This document shows, one piece after another, positions 17,986 to 26,120 of a stretch of DNA of 63,676 bases. Both the position numbers and the translations under genes were made by a program. The DNA is from Candidatus Kaiserbacteria bacterium GW2011_GWA2_52_12. Lineage in GTDB: Bacteria; Patescibacteriota; Minisyncoccia; Phycocordibacterales; UBA2100. Under the pieces are notes generated by a model. The model was given only the letters and a program-made list of their open reading frames with translations, was not told the origin of the DNA and ran no database searches. The stretch covers positions 1 through 63,676 of the forward strand of contig LCQW01000001.1 in the NCBI GenBank assembly GCA_001004345.1, read 5' to 3'. How positions within the stretch are numbered: position 1 is the stretch's first letter; each line of letters opens with the position of its first letter.

Positions 17986-17989
17986 TTGC

Positions 17990-18427
17990 ATGAAGCATAT
18001 GCGCGAATATACAAAAAGCATTCTCCGACACATACGCAAAGAATTATTTTTTGTTATATTACTTTGCATCGTCTCTCTTGCGCTCGTTGCCTACATTCCG
18101 CATTCCGGCGATCGGCCCTCCCTGTCGCCTGAAGTGAAATTTGCCGATGCATCGCCAGCGGGCCTTTCCATTGTTCCTGCGTCCTGCCCGTCTGACCCGC
18201 ATTATACCAACGAATGCTCCTGCCCCACTTCGATAGAAACACCATGGCAATCGAGCGGGCTTCTTCTATATAGTGCCGCGACACGCTACATTACACAGCA
18301 GGCGAATAGTATCTGCGTAACCAATAATTCAGGCAGCCATTATTTCATCCCCGCCAACACCACAGGCGAACTGCAATCCTTTTACAACGCCGCACCGGGT
18401 CTTGGTGTGAGTGTATATTCGCCGTAG
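17990..18427 (+). CDS. Membrane-anchored hypothetical protein
   Basis: ATG 17990 lies 5 nt after the previous stop. It has a TM helix (FFVILLCIVSLALVAYI) and a Cys-containing extracytoplasmic part. Confidence 0.5.
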   Translation: MKHMREYTKSILRHIRKELFFVILLCIVSLALVAYIPHSGDRPSLSPEVKFADASPAGLSIVPASCPSDPHYTNECSCPTSIETPWQSSGLLLYSAATRYITQQANSICVTNNSGSHYFIPANTTGELQSFYNAAPGLGVSVYSP

Positions 18428-18454
18428 ACCTTCTCAGCATATACTTCTATCATC

Positions 18455-18928
18455 ATGAATGGGATCTTTTCTCGCCACTATTTCACATCATTTCTTGCGT
18501 TCCTGTGCGCTGTTGTCATTGTTGTATTCGTGCTCGCACCGGTAGCTGCTCGCGCGCAAACCGGTTCGCAGGATATTGGCACCGCGATACGCGCGGCGCT
18601 CTTCTCTGACTCGCGGGCTGCTCAAATGTCCCCGCAGCAATTCGATGCGGTGGTTGCCGCTCTTACATCAGAAGCGGTAAAGCAGGGAATGACCGCGCAC
18701 GATATCACATGGAACATGGTTGCATCGGCGGTTGATTTCGCGGAAGCAGCATGTGATTCGTATCTGTGCACCCTCAACGACGCATTCGGATTTTCAGGCT
18801 CCAACATGATGATACCCATCGGGCTCGGATTTTCCTCCGCGCTTCTCCTGCTCATAATTGGCACAATGAGGGGGATGCACCGTACGCCAGCTGTTCCGCC
18901 GTCTGTAGCACGCGCACCGGTGCAATAA
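18455..18928 (+). CDS. Hypothetical protein with N-terminal signal/TM and C-terminal TM helix
   Basis: FLAFLCAVVIVVFVLAPVAARAQ signal-like segment and a C-terminal MMIPIGLGFSSALLLLIIG helix. Confidence 0.5.
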   Translation: MNGIFSRHYFTSFLAFLCAVVIVVFVLAPVAARAQTGSQDIGTAIRAALFSDSRAAQMSPQQFDAVVAALTSEAVKQGMTAHDITWNMVASAVDFAEAACDSYLCTLNDAFGFSGSNMMIPIGLGFSSALLLLIIGTMRGMHRTPAVPPSVARAPVQ

Positions 18929-18946
18929 TGAACCTGATAACGACCC

Positions 18947-18974
18947 TTGCTTTTTTAGGATCGATACGTATACT
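18947..18974 (+). promoter_or_regulatory. Candidate sigma-70-type promoter restarting the S10 operon at rplC
   Basis: TTGCTT-16 nt-TATACT, ~100 nt upstream of rplC. Confidence 0.3.
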
Positions 18975-19019
18975 GCTTTCACCCCAAGTCCACATATGGA
19001 CCAATGGTGGAGCTCACGA

Positions 19020-19047
19020 GCCCGCCATTGCGGGCGTTTACATTTTT
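19020..19047 (+). promoter_or_regulatory. Terminator-like hairpin in the rplC 5' leader (possible attenuator)
   Basis: GCCCGCcattGCGGGC is followed by the T-rich GTTTACATTTTT, 26 nt before ATG 19073. Confidence 0.3.
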
Positions 19048-19072
19048 AACTACGAACTACATTCTACGAACT

Positions 19073-19681
19073 ATGAAGTGTATGCTCGGTACCAAGGGAA
19101 GAATGACGCAGGTCTTCGATGAGAGGGGCGTCGTTTCTGCTGCGACGCTCATTACTGCCGGGCCGCTCACCATTACGCAAGTGAAGAGTATAGAGAAAGA
19201 CGGATATGCCGCCGTACAGGTAGGTTTTGGAGTGCGCAAAGAAAAAAATATCAACAACGCACAAAAAGGACACACGAAAGACCTCGGCAACATTCGCTAT
19301 ATGCGCGAATTTGTCGGATCGGAAGAGGTGAAGAGAGGAGACACAGTCGACATTTCGGTCTTTATACCGGGAGATGTCGTTGAAGTCTCCGCTATTTCAA
19401 AAGGCAAAGGTTTTCAGGGTGTGGTGAAGCGTCATGGTTTTAGTGGCGGTCCACGCAGTCACGGTCAAAAGAACAAAGAGCGCGCACCGGGCTCTATCGG
19501 CGGCGGTGCTCGCGCCGGCGCGCACGTAGCGAAAGGGATGCGCATGGGCGGCCGCATGGGCGGCGATCGTGTCACCGTAAAAAATCTGCGCATATTGCAG
19601 GTTGATGCCGCAAGTAATACATTGGTGATTTCTGGTGCTGTTCCAGGTCGACTGGGCACACTTGTAGAAATCAGAGGATAA
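19073..19681 (+). CDS. rplC: 50S ribosomal protein L3
   Basis: MKCMLGTKGRMTQVFDERG...VQVGFG...FQGVVKRHGFSGGPRSHG typical L3 blocks. Confidence 0.9.
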   Translation: MKCMLGTKGRMTQVFDERGVVSAATLITAGPLTITQVKSIEKDGYAAVQVGFGVRKEKNINNAQKGHTKDLGNIRYMREFVGSEEVKRGDTVDISVFIPGDVVEVSAISKGKGFQGVVKRHGFSGGPRSHGQKNKERAPGSIGGGARAGAHVAKGMRMGGRMGGDRVTVKNLRILQVDAASNTLVISGAVPGRLGTLVEIRG

Positions 19682-19683
19682 AT

Positions 19684-20352
19684 ATGGAATCACCAATGTA
19701 CACCGCAGAGGGAAAAGAGAAAGGGAACATCCAACTTCCCGAAAGCGTTTTTAACGTGCCGTGGAACGGTCCACTGATGCATCAGGTGGTGACATCGATG
19801 CAGGACAATGCCCGCACGCCGGTAGCACACGTGAAGACGCGCGGAGAGGTGCGTGGCGGCGGCAAAAAGCCGTGGCAGCAAAAAGGCACCGGCCGCGCGC
19901 GCCATGGTTCCATTCGTTCGCCTATCTGGAAAGGAGGCGGCGTGACGCACGGTCCGCTCAAAGAAAAGGATTACAGCAGAGCTATCCCGAAGAAAATGCG
20001 CGCAAAAGCCCTCTTCATGGCGCTTTCCCGCAAGCACAAGGATGGCGAAATAATCTTCGTAGATTCATTCAGGCTCGATACACCAAAGACGGCAAGCGCA
20101 AAAAAAGCACTCATGATGCTCTCGAAAGTTCCGGCATTTAAAACACTTGCCACCAAGAAGCGCAATGCGGCGCTCATCGCGCTTCCCGAAGCGACCGATG
20201 CCGTGCAAAAAAGTTTCCGCAATATCGGCTCCGTCACGACGATTGCTATGCGCAATCTGAATCCGGTACTGGTCCTCTCCAATAAATATCTGATCATCGA
20301 AAATCCCGAAGCTGCGCTCGCGATAGTATCGCAGCGTGCACCAAAAAAATAA
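19684..20352 (+). CDS. rplD: 50S ribosomal protein L4
   Basis: KTRGEVRGGGKKPWQQKGTGRARHGSIRSPIWKGGGVTHGP typical L4 motif; operon position. Confidence 0.9.
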   Translation: MESPMYTAEGKEKGNIQLPESVFNVPWNGPLMHQVVTSMQDNARTPVAHVKTRGEVRGGGKKPWQQKGTGRARHGSIRSPIWKGGGVTHGPLKEKDYSRAIPKKMRAKALFMALSRKHKDGEIIFVDSFRLDTPKTASAKKALMMLSKVPAFKTLATKKRNAALIALPEATDAVQKSFRNIGSVTTIAMRNLNPVLVLSNKYLIIENPEAALAIVSQRAPKK

Positions 20353-20358
20353 GATCAT

Positions 20359-20751
20359 ATGGCACTCTTCAGCAAAAAAATTTCAAAGCCAGCGTCCGAG
20401 GCTCCGGTCAAGGAAAAAAAGACAAAAATGGAAAAGGCAACACCTGTCTCTATAGCCACAAGCGGGGGAAATGCCGTCGCACAGGTCCTGAAGCACGCAC
20501 GCATTACGGAGAAAGCGTCGATGCACCAAAGCGAGGGCGTGTACACCTTCGACATCGCCGAGGGGGCGACCAAGAATCAGGTCACCCAAGCCGTTTTTGC
20601 TCTCTACAAAGTCACGCCGCGCCTCGTGCGCGTGGTCAAAGTGCCATCAAAAGTACGCCGCAATGCCCGCACGGGGAAGATGGGCATAAAACGTGGCGGA
20701 AGAAAGGCGTATGTCTTTTTGAAGAAAGGTGAGACTATAACCATCGCATAG
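20359..20751 (+). CDS. rplW: 50S ribosomal protein L23 with ~40-aa N-terminal extension
   Basis: VLKHARITEKASMHQSEGVYTFDIAEGATKNQVTQAV...YKV L23 core; operon position. Confidence 0.85.
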   Translation: MALFSKKISKPASEAPVKEKKTKMEKATPVSIATSGGNAVAQVLKHARITEKASMHQSEGVYTFDIAEGATKNQVTQAVFALYKVTPRLVRVVKVPSKVRRNARTGKMGIKRGGRKAYVFLKKGETITIA

Positions 20752-20779
20752 TTCGACACATTCACTATAAATAAATCCT

Positions 20780-21628
20780 ATGGCACTCAAACAATACAGA
20801 CCGATAACGAAATCGCAGCGGCAGCACACGTCGATCAATTACCGCGAGCTTCTTTCGGGCCACAAGCCGGAGAAATCACTCATGCAAGGCCGTAAGAGCA
20901 TGGGCGGCCGCAATTCCTTTGGACGTATCACGACCAGACATCAGGGCGGTGGTCACAAGAAGTCGTATCGCGAGGTGGATTTTCGATTCAATAAGAAAAA
21001 TATTCTGGCAAAGATCGTCAGTATCGAATACGACCCATATCGGAGCGCGTTCATCTCGCTCGCCATCTATGCAGACGGTGAAAAACGATACGTGCTCGTG
21101 CCGCAGCGCGTGAAAGTGGGGGACACGTTCATCGTATCCGAAACGGCTCCGATCGAGGCGGCAAATCGTTTGCCGCTCGGCAAAATTCCCGTGGGCACCT
21201 TTGTCTACAACATTGAATTGAAGCCGGGTGCTGGCGGCAAGATCGCCCGCTCGGCGGGGAATTTCTGCGAAGTGGTCGCGCAAGATGCCGGTTACACGCA
21301 CCTCAAAATGCCATCGACCGAAGTGCGCCGCATCATCGCGACCGCATGGGCATCGATTGGCGAGGTGTCCAATGAAGAGCATCGGCTCATCAATCTAGGC
21401 AAAGCGGGCCGCTCGCGCTGGATGGGTGTACGCCCGACGGTGCGTGGCACCGCGATGAACCCTGTCGATCACCCGCACGGTGGAGGCGAAGGCAAACAGG
21501 GTCGCGGTCTGCGCCGTGCAAAATCTCTGTGGGGCAAGCCGACCGGCAAGGGCCAGAAATCCCGCCGCCCGAAAAAATATTCGAATGTTTTCATCGTCAG
21601 TCGACGTAAAGTGGGAAAAAGGAAATAA
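20780..21628 (+). CDS. rplB: 50S ribosomal protein L2
   Basis: GRNSFGRITTRHQGGGHK, MNPVDHPHGGGEGK motifs. Confidence 0.95.
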   Translation: MALKQYRPITKSQRQHTSINYRELLSGHKPEKSLMQGRKSMGGRNSFGRITTRHQGGGHKKSYREVDFRFNKKNILAKIVSIEYDPYRSAFISLAIYADGEKRYVLVPQRVKVGDTFIVSETAPIEAANRLPLGKIPVGTFVYNIELKPGAGGKIARSAGNFCEVVAQDAGYTHLKMPSTEVRRIIATAWASIGEVSNEEHRLINLGKAGRSRWMGVRPTVRGTAMNPVDHPHGGGEGKQGRGLRRAKSLWGKPTGKGQKSRRPKKYSNVFIVSRRKVGKRK

Positions 21629-21728
21629 AGCATCATATGAGCGATAAAATGCGCCTGCATATATGTGCGTAGGCGATTTTCGCCTATACTCTAAATAGAA
21701 CATAGAGTACAAAACAGAGGAGTCCGAA

Positions 21729-23507
21729 ATGTCGGGCCGCTTCACAGAAGTTAAAAAACGCTTTCGCGGCATGTTTCAGGCGCTTCGAGAAGTCAACAGC
21801 CTTATTTATGAGGCCGACAAGATACTGATGTGCGTTGTGCTCGCGGAAACGATTGTGCACAGCTTCGTCATGCTCGCTACTTTTTTGGGAGCGAGTATGT
21901 TCCTTTCCCAAATAGGGCAGCTGACGCCTACATTGACGATCGTTCTCCTCGTTGCCGCGTACTACATCATTTCGGAAATTCTCACCGCATCCGTCGGAGC
22001 GTTCAAAGAAAAACACCTCTACATCTTCAACCGGCGTATCGGTGATGTCATCGATAAGCGCACCGTTGAAATGATGACAGCACTTGATGTCGGTCAACTC
22101 CAGAGTCCCGAATTCCATAATATTCGAATTCTGGCAGAGAGGCGTGGCGTAAGCGCGCCGCTTCGTGTGTGGCAATTTGAAACGATGCTCATCGGGTCCC
22201 TGATCGGACTCGTCGTCGGCATTGTCACGCTCGTGTCGATCAACATTCTCATCGTTGCGCCCGTCATCTTCGTCGCCTCATCGCAGATCGCGTACCAATG
22301 GTTTTCGCAAGCGTACATGCGCAAGGTGGAAGAAGAGGAGGCGTTCATACGGCTCAAGCAGGGCTACACGTTCTGGGAAATGACTTCATGGGAATTCGGA
22401 TTCCAGATGCATCTGACGGGGTATATGCCGATTTTGAGGGTGCGGTATTTCGATCGCACGCTTGAGATCTATAACAACGCAGTCAGGGTGGCGAGTTATA
22501 AGTTTCGCTGGAGCACGCTCGTCGGCGGCATCGTGGTCATCGGCCATGCCGGTTTTTGGCTGATTTTTGGCATTGATGTGCTCCACGGTTCCTACACGCT
22601 TCTCGAGATAGGTGCTGTTCTTGGCGGTTTCCATCTGGTGAGCAATGCCACACGCGACTCTGGCGTAAGTACTGCGCAGCTCGATCACAGTACCCGCGAC
22701 TATGGCTATCTGGCTGAATTTCACCGCACCAAGCCGATGCTCGACGAGAGCATGGCGAGTGCGGTAACTCTCGAGAAGACGCCCGTCCTTGAGGTCTCGA
22801 ACGCGACGTTCATGTACCCGGGGTCTTCGCAAGAAGCGCTCAAGGGCTGTACACTTCGTTTCGAAGCCGGTGAAAAGATCGCGTTCATCGGTAAAAACGG
22901 TTCCGGCAAAACGACGTTCGCGCAACTCATCGCGAAGGTGTATCTCGCTACGAGCGGCGACGTGCTCGTGGATGGGACGTCGATCAGAACCATCACACAA
23001 AAATCGTGGATCGAACAGTTCCTCTATATAAAGCCGCCGACGCGCGTTCCCGAGCTCACGCTTCGGGAAGTGTTCACGGCCGTGGAACCAGAAGAAGTGG
23101 ACGAAGCTCGCCTGCAAAAAGCGCTCGAGTACGCGGGAGCGAAAGATATCATTGATGAGATGCCCGACGGGCTCGATACGCAACTGGGGCAGCATTGGCC
23201 GGGTGGGCGGGATGTGTCGAGCGGACAGTATCAGCGTTTCGCGCTCGTCCTTGCCTTCTATCGGCTCCTGCATCCTTCGGTGCGCATGGCCATCTTCGAT
23301 GAGGCGATGGCGCACTGCGACCTGGAGACAAAAGGGCGCTTCTATCCGCTCGTTGCAGGAGAAACGGGGGACTTTGCGGATAAAACCATCATAACTATCC
23401 TCCATGACCAGCAATTCGTTCCAAAATTCGGCCGCATTGTTGAGTTTGAGGAGGGGTTGATCAAGAGAGACTTGAAGAATCAAGTAATTGCACTGGCCTC
23501 CCCGTGA
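21729..23507 (+). CDS. ABC exporter half-transporter (TMD-NBD fusion, MsbA/bacteriocin-exporter-like, no C39 peptidase domain)
   Basis: About 330 aa of multi-TM region, then Walker A GKNGSGKTT, signature SSGQYQRFAL and Walker B AIFDEAMAHCD. Confidence 0.8.
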   Translation: MSGRFTEVKKRFRGMFQALREVNSLIYEADKILMCVVLAETIVHSFVMLATFLGASMFLSQIGQLTPTLTIVLLVAAYYIISEILTASVGAFKEKHLYIFNRRIGDVIDKRTVEMMTALDVGQLQSPEFHNIRILAERRGVSAPLRVWQFETMLIGSLIGLVVGIVTLVSINILIVAPVIFVASSQIAYQWFSQAYMRKVEEEEAFIRLKQGYTFWEMTSWEFGFQMHLTGYMPILRVRYFDRTLEIYNNAVRVASYKFRWSTLVGGIVVIGHAGFWLIFGIDVLHGSYTLLEIGAVLGGFHLVSNATRDSGVSTAQLDHSTRDYGYLAEFHRTKPMLDESMASAVTLEKTPVLEVSNATFMYPGSSQEALKGCTLRFEAGEKIAFIGKNGSGKTTFAQLIAKVYLATSGDVLVDGTSIRTITQKSWIEQFLYIKPPTRVPELTLREVFTAVEPEEVDEARLQKALEYAGAKDIIDEMPDGLDTQLGQHWPGGRDVSSGQYQRFALVLAFYRLLHPSVRMAIFDEAMAHCDLETKGRFYPLVAGETGDFADKTIITILHDQQFVPKFGRIVEFEEGLIKRDLKNQVIALASP

Positions 23508-23518
23508 GGCCGGTTTTT
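23495..23518 (+). terminator. Rho-independent terminator of the ABC exporter gene
   Basis: GGCCTCcccgtGAGGCC followed by GGTTTTT. The hairpin overlaps the stop codon. Confidence 0.6.
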
Positions 23519-23522
23519 CATA

Positions 23523-23562
23523 TATAACGCTAGCATGTCCGGCCGGACACGCTAACGTTATA
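23523..23562. repeat. 40-nt near-perfect palindrome
   Basis: tATAACGCTAGCATGTCCGG/CCGGACACGCTAACGTTATa; 20 potential bp with 2 mismatches and no loop. Confidence 0.8.
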
Positions 23563-23587
23563 GATTACTCCAGAGATCCCGCGAAAT

Positions 23588-23616
23588 TTGACTTATCAAG
23601 CTATTTCCTATACATT
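23588..23616 (+). promoter_or_regulatory. Candidate promoter restarting transcription at rpsS
   Basis: TTGACT-17 nt-TACATT, 33 nt upstream of the rpsS ATG. Confidence 0.4.
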
Positions 23617-23648
23617 GTTCGGACGCCCTCACGGCGTTTTTAATTGAT

Positions 23649-23993
23649 ATGTCACGTTCAGTCAAGAAAGGTCCCTACGTGGACGAAAAATTGATGAAAA
23701 AAGTCTCGACCCGAAAAAGCGGGGCGGGAACTATCAAGACGTGGGCGCGCGCTTCGCAAATCGCACCAGAGTTCGTTGGCTACACATTCGGTGTGCACAA
23801 CGGCAAGAGCCACGAGGAAGTCTTCGTGACGGAAGACATGGTGGGCCACCGATTGGGCGAATTCGCGCCGACGACCAAATTCATCCGCCACGGAGGCAAG
23901 ATGCAAAAGGAGATCGAAATGGCGAAGCAACAGTCCGAGATCGCGGCCGCACAAGCCGCCAAAGCGACCGGCGATACGGCGAAGAAAAAATAA
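23649..23993 (+). CDS. rpsS: 30S ribosomal protein S19 with ~25-aa C-terminal extension
   Basis: [15 protein letters not shown]...[25 protein letters not shown] typical S19. Confidence 0.95.
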   Translation: MSRSVKKGPYVDEKLMKKVSTRKSGAGTIKTWARASQIAPEFVGYTFGVHNGKSHEEVFVTEDMVGHRLGEFAPTTKFIRHGGKMQKEIEMAKQQSEIAAAQAAKATGDTAKKK

Positions 23994-23999
23994 AATACT

Positions 24000-24380
24000 A
24001 TGAAAGCACTGCTCACCAATTATCACCAGTCGCCGCGCAAAGTGCGGCTCGTCGCGAACCTCATTCGCGGCAAATCCGTGCCCGCAGCGCGCGCGGCGCT
24101 TTTGTATTTGCCGAAAAAATCCTCGCCAGCACTTTCAAAATTGCTCGATTCCGCCATCGCCAACGCGCGCAATGCCGGGGCGAATGTCGAAAATCTTTTT
24201 ATTAAGAAGATCACCGTCGACAAAGGTGCCGTGATGCGCCGAGCGCGCCCATTTGCGCGCGGCCGCTCGGGCTCGATACGAAAGGAGATGTCGATAGTAT
24301 TCCTTGAACTCGGTACTACCGTGAAAGAACAAAAAACAAAGAACAAAAAACAGATAGCTAAAAAACCGAAGAAAATCTAA
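24000..24380 (+). CDS. rplV: 50S ribosomal protein L22 (Lys-rich C-terminal tail)
   Basis: SPRKVRLVANLIRGKSV...AL..L typical L22; operon position. Confidence 0.9.
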   Translation: MKALLTNYHQSPRKVRLVANLIRGKSVPAARAALLYLPKKSSPALSKLLDSAIANARNAGANVENLFIKKITVDKGAVMRRARPFARGRSGSIRKEMSIVFLELGTTVKEQKTKNKKQIAKKPKKI

Positions 24381-24426
24381 CATTTTCTATTTACTATCTA
24401 TTTTCTACTAACTACTATCTATTCCT

Positions 24427-25113
24427 ATGACCCACGTCGTACATCCCTACGCTCACCGACTTGGTATTATCCGCGATTGGAAATCGCGCTGGTTTTCTAA
24501 GAGTCCGGCAAAATATCGCGAAAATGTGATGGTGGATTCCGCGATTCGCCGCTTCCTCAAGAAGCGTCTGCGTGGCAATTATGTCACGTCTGTCGAGATC
24601 GAGCGCAACGAGAAGGCGATACACGTCATCATCAAGACGTCGCGCCCCGGACTCGTCATTGGCCGCGGCGGTGAAGGCTCGACCAAGCTCACCAAAGAAA
24701 TCGAACGGATCATTATGAAAGTGCCAAAAGCGGAGCGCAAAGCCGTTCGTCTCGACATCGAAGAAGTCCGCTCGCCCGAAGCACAGGCCGCTGTTGTCGC
24801 CTATATGGTCGCCGAGGGACTGGAGAAGCGTCAGACGTTCCGCAGAGTACTGAAGCAGACCGTGGAAAAAGTGATGGCGAATCGCGATGTGCAGGGCGTG
24901 CGCATCTGCATTGCCGGCCGTCTTGGCGGCGCGGAAATGTCGCGCACCGAAGAGATAAAGAGGGGACGCGTCCCGCTTCAGACACTCCGTGCCGACATCG
25001 ACTATGCGCGTGAGATAGCGTATCTCCCGTACGGCGTGATCGGCGTTAAGGTGTGGATCTACCGCGGGGAAATATTTAATAAACAAGAAAACAAAAAACA
25101 AAAAGCGGCTTAA
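24427..25113 (+). CDS. rpsC: 30S ribosomal protein S3
   Basis: KH-domain block RPGLVIGRGGEG and C-terminal RLGGAEMSRTE..GRVPLQTLRADIDY. Confidence 0.95.
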   Translation: MTHVVHPYAHRLGIIRDWKSRWFSKSPAKYRENVMVDSAIRRFLKKRLRGNYVTSVEIERNEKAIHVIIKTSRPGLVIGRGGEGSTKLTKEIERIIMKVPKAERKAVRLDIEEVRSPEAQAAVVAYMVAEGLEKRQTFRRVLKQTVEKVMANRDVQGVRICIAGRLGGAEMSRTEEIKRGRVPLQTLRADIDYAREIAYLPYGVIGVKVWIYRGEIFNKQENKKQKAA

Positions 25114-25145
25114 TCTTTGTTTTATTGTATATTTTTTAATCTATT

Positions 25146-25568
25146 ATGCTCGCACCAAAGAAAGCAAAATATCGCAAATGGCAGTCGGGCCGCAAGAACC
25201 CCGCCCGCTGGAATCTTCCGGACACGCGCGGACTCACCGTTGCATTCGGCTCACACGGGCTGAAAGCGATCACCGCGGCTCGCGTCACATCGAATCAGAT
25301 CGAAGCCGCGCGCCGCGCTCTCACGCGCGCCGGTGGCAAGAGCGCCAAGGTGTGGGTGCGCATTTTCCCCGACCGTCCGTTTACCCAAAAGGCCGCCGAA
25401 GTGGGCATGGGTAGCGGCAAAGGCGATGTAGCGGGCTACGTGATGGAAGTGCGCCCGGGCCGCGTCATTTTTGAGATAGACGGAGCGGGGGATAAGGTGG
25501 CGCGCGAGGCTCTCCGTAAAGCGGGAACGAAACTTCCTCTCAAGGCGCGCGTCGTCGTGCGTCAATGA
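25146..25568 (+). CDS. rplP: 50S ribosomal protein L16
   Basis: MLAPKKAKYRK...IEAARRALTR...VWVRIFPD.P.T.K..E..MG.GKG typical L16; ends with TGA. Confidence 0.95.
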   Translation: MLAPKKAKYRKWQSGRKNPARWNLPDTRGLTVAFGSHGLKAITAARVTSNQIEAARRALTRAGGKSAKVWVRIFPDRPFTQKAAEVGMGSGKGDVAGYVMEVRPGRVIFEIDGAGDKVAREALRKAGTKLPLKARVVVRQ

Positions 25569-25571
25569 TCT

Positions 25572-25793
25572 ATGAGTGACTTTTCAAAAAACAATGTCGA
25601 TGATCTGCAGAAGCTGCTTGTTGACAAGCGGGAACGATTGCGGGTATTTCGATTCGGAGGAGCTGGCAGCCGTTCGCGGAACGTTCGCGAGGGTCGCACG
25701 CTCCGCAAAGAAATAGCGCAGATATTGACCGAACTTCGGGCGCGGGACATGACTGCGCAGGCAGGAATTGCATCCGAGAAGAAAACAGCGTAG
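25572..25793 (+). CDS. rpmC: 50S ribosomal protein L29
   Basis: LQKLLVDKRERLRVFRF...IAQILTEL pattern; operon position. Confidence 0.85.
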   Translation: MSDFSKNNVDDLQKLLVDKRERLRVFRFGGAGSRSRNVREGRTLRKEIAQILTELRARDMTAQAGIASEKKTA

Positions 25794-25810
25794 TGTAGTC
25801 ATTCCATTGT

Positions 25811-26116
25811 ATGGCAAAAGAACCAGCTACAGAAATCAACACAAGCCTGCCTGCTCGCCTCGCTGACGCTCCGGCGAAGCGGGCCGGTAGGCAGGGGAAA
25901 TTCTTCGATGGCGTCGTCGTCAAGACGGCGATGAAAGACACGGCGACCGTCTCGGTGGAGCGCTACGTGAAGCACCCGAAATACCAGAAGTACCAGCGCC
26001 GTAGCCAAAAATTCCTCGTGCATGACCCGGGCAACACGCTCTCCGTGGGGCAGAAGGTCACCATCCGCGAGACTCGTCCCATTTCCCGCCGCAAGCGTTT
26101 CGTTATCGCTCAATAA
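25811..26116 (+). CDS. rpsQ: 30S ribosomal protein S17 (N-terminal extension)
   Basis: GVVVKTAMKDTATVSVERYVKHPKYQKY.RRSQKFLVHD typical S17. Confidence 0.9.
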   Translation: MAKEPATEINTSLPARLADAPAKRAGRQGKFFDGVVVKTAMKDTATVSVERYVKHPKYQKYQRRSQKFLVHDPGNTLSVGQKVTIRETRPISRRKRFVIAQ

Positions 26117-26120
26117 TTTT

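Noticed and set aside
22386-23483. 365-aa minus-strand ORF
   Set aside because: It is antisense to the ABC exporter NBD, whose Walker A, signature and Walker B motifs are clear on the plus strand.
24415-25101. 228-aa minus-strand ORF
   Set aside because: It is exactly antisense to rpsC, which has unmistakable S3 motifs. It is a shadow ORF of a GC-balanced highly expressed gene.
25566-25568. Possibility of an alternative genetic code (UGA reassignment as in some CPR lineages)
   Set aside because: rplP ends with TGA at the conserved C-terminal position, and other genes such as the ABC exporter and PRODH also end in TGA at sensible lengths. The standard code 11 fits.
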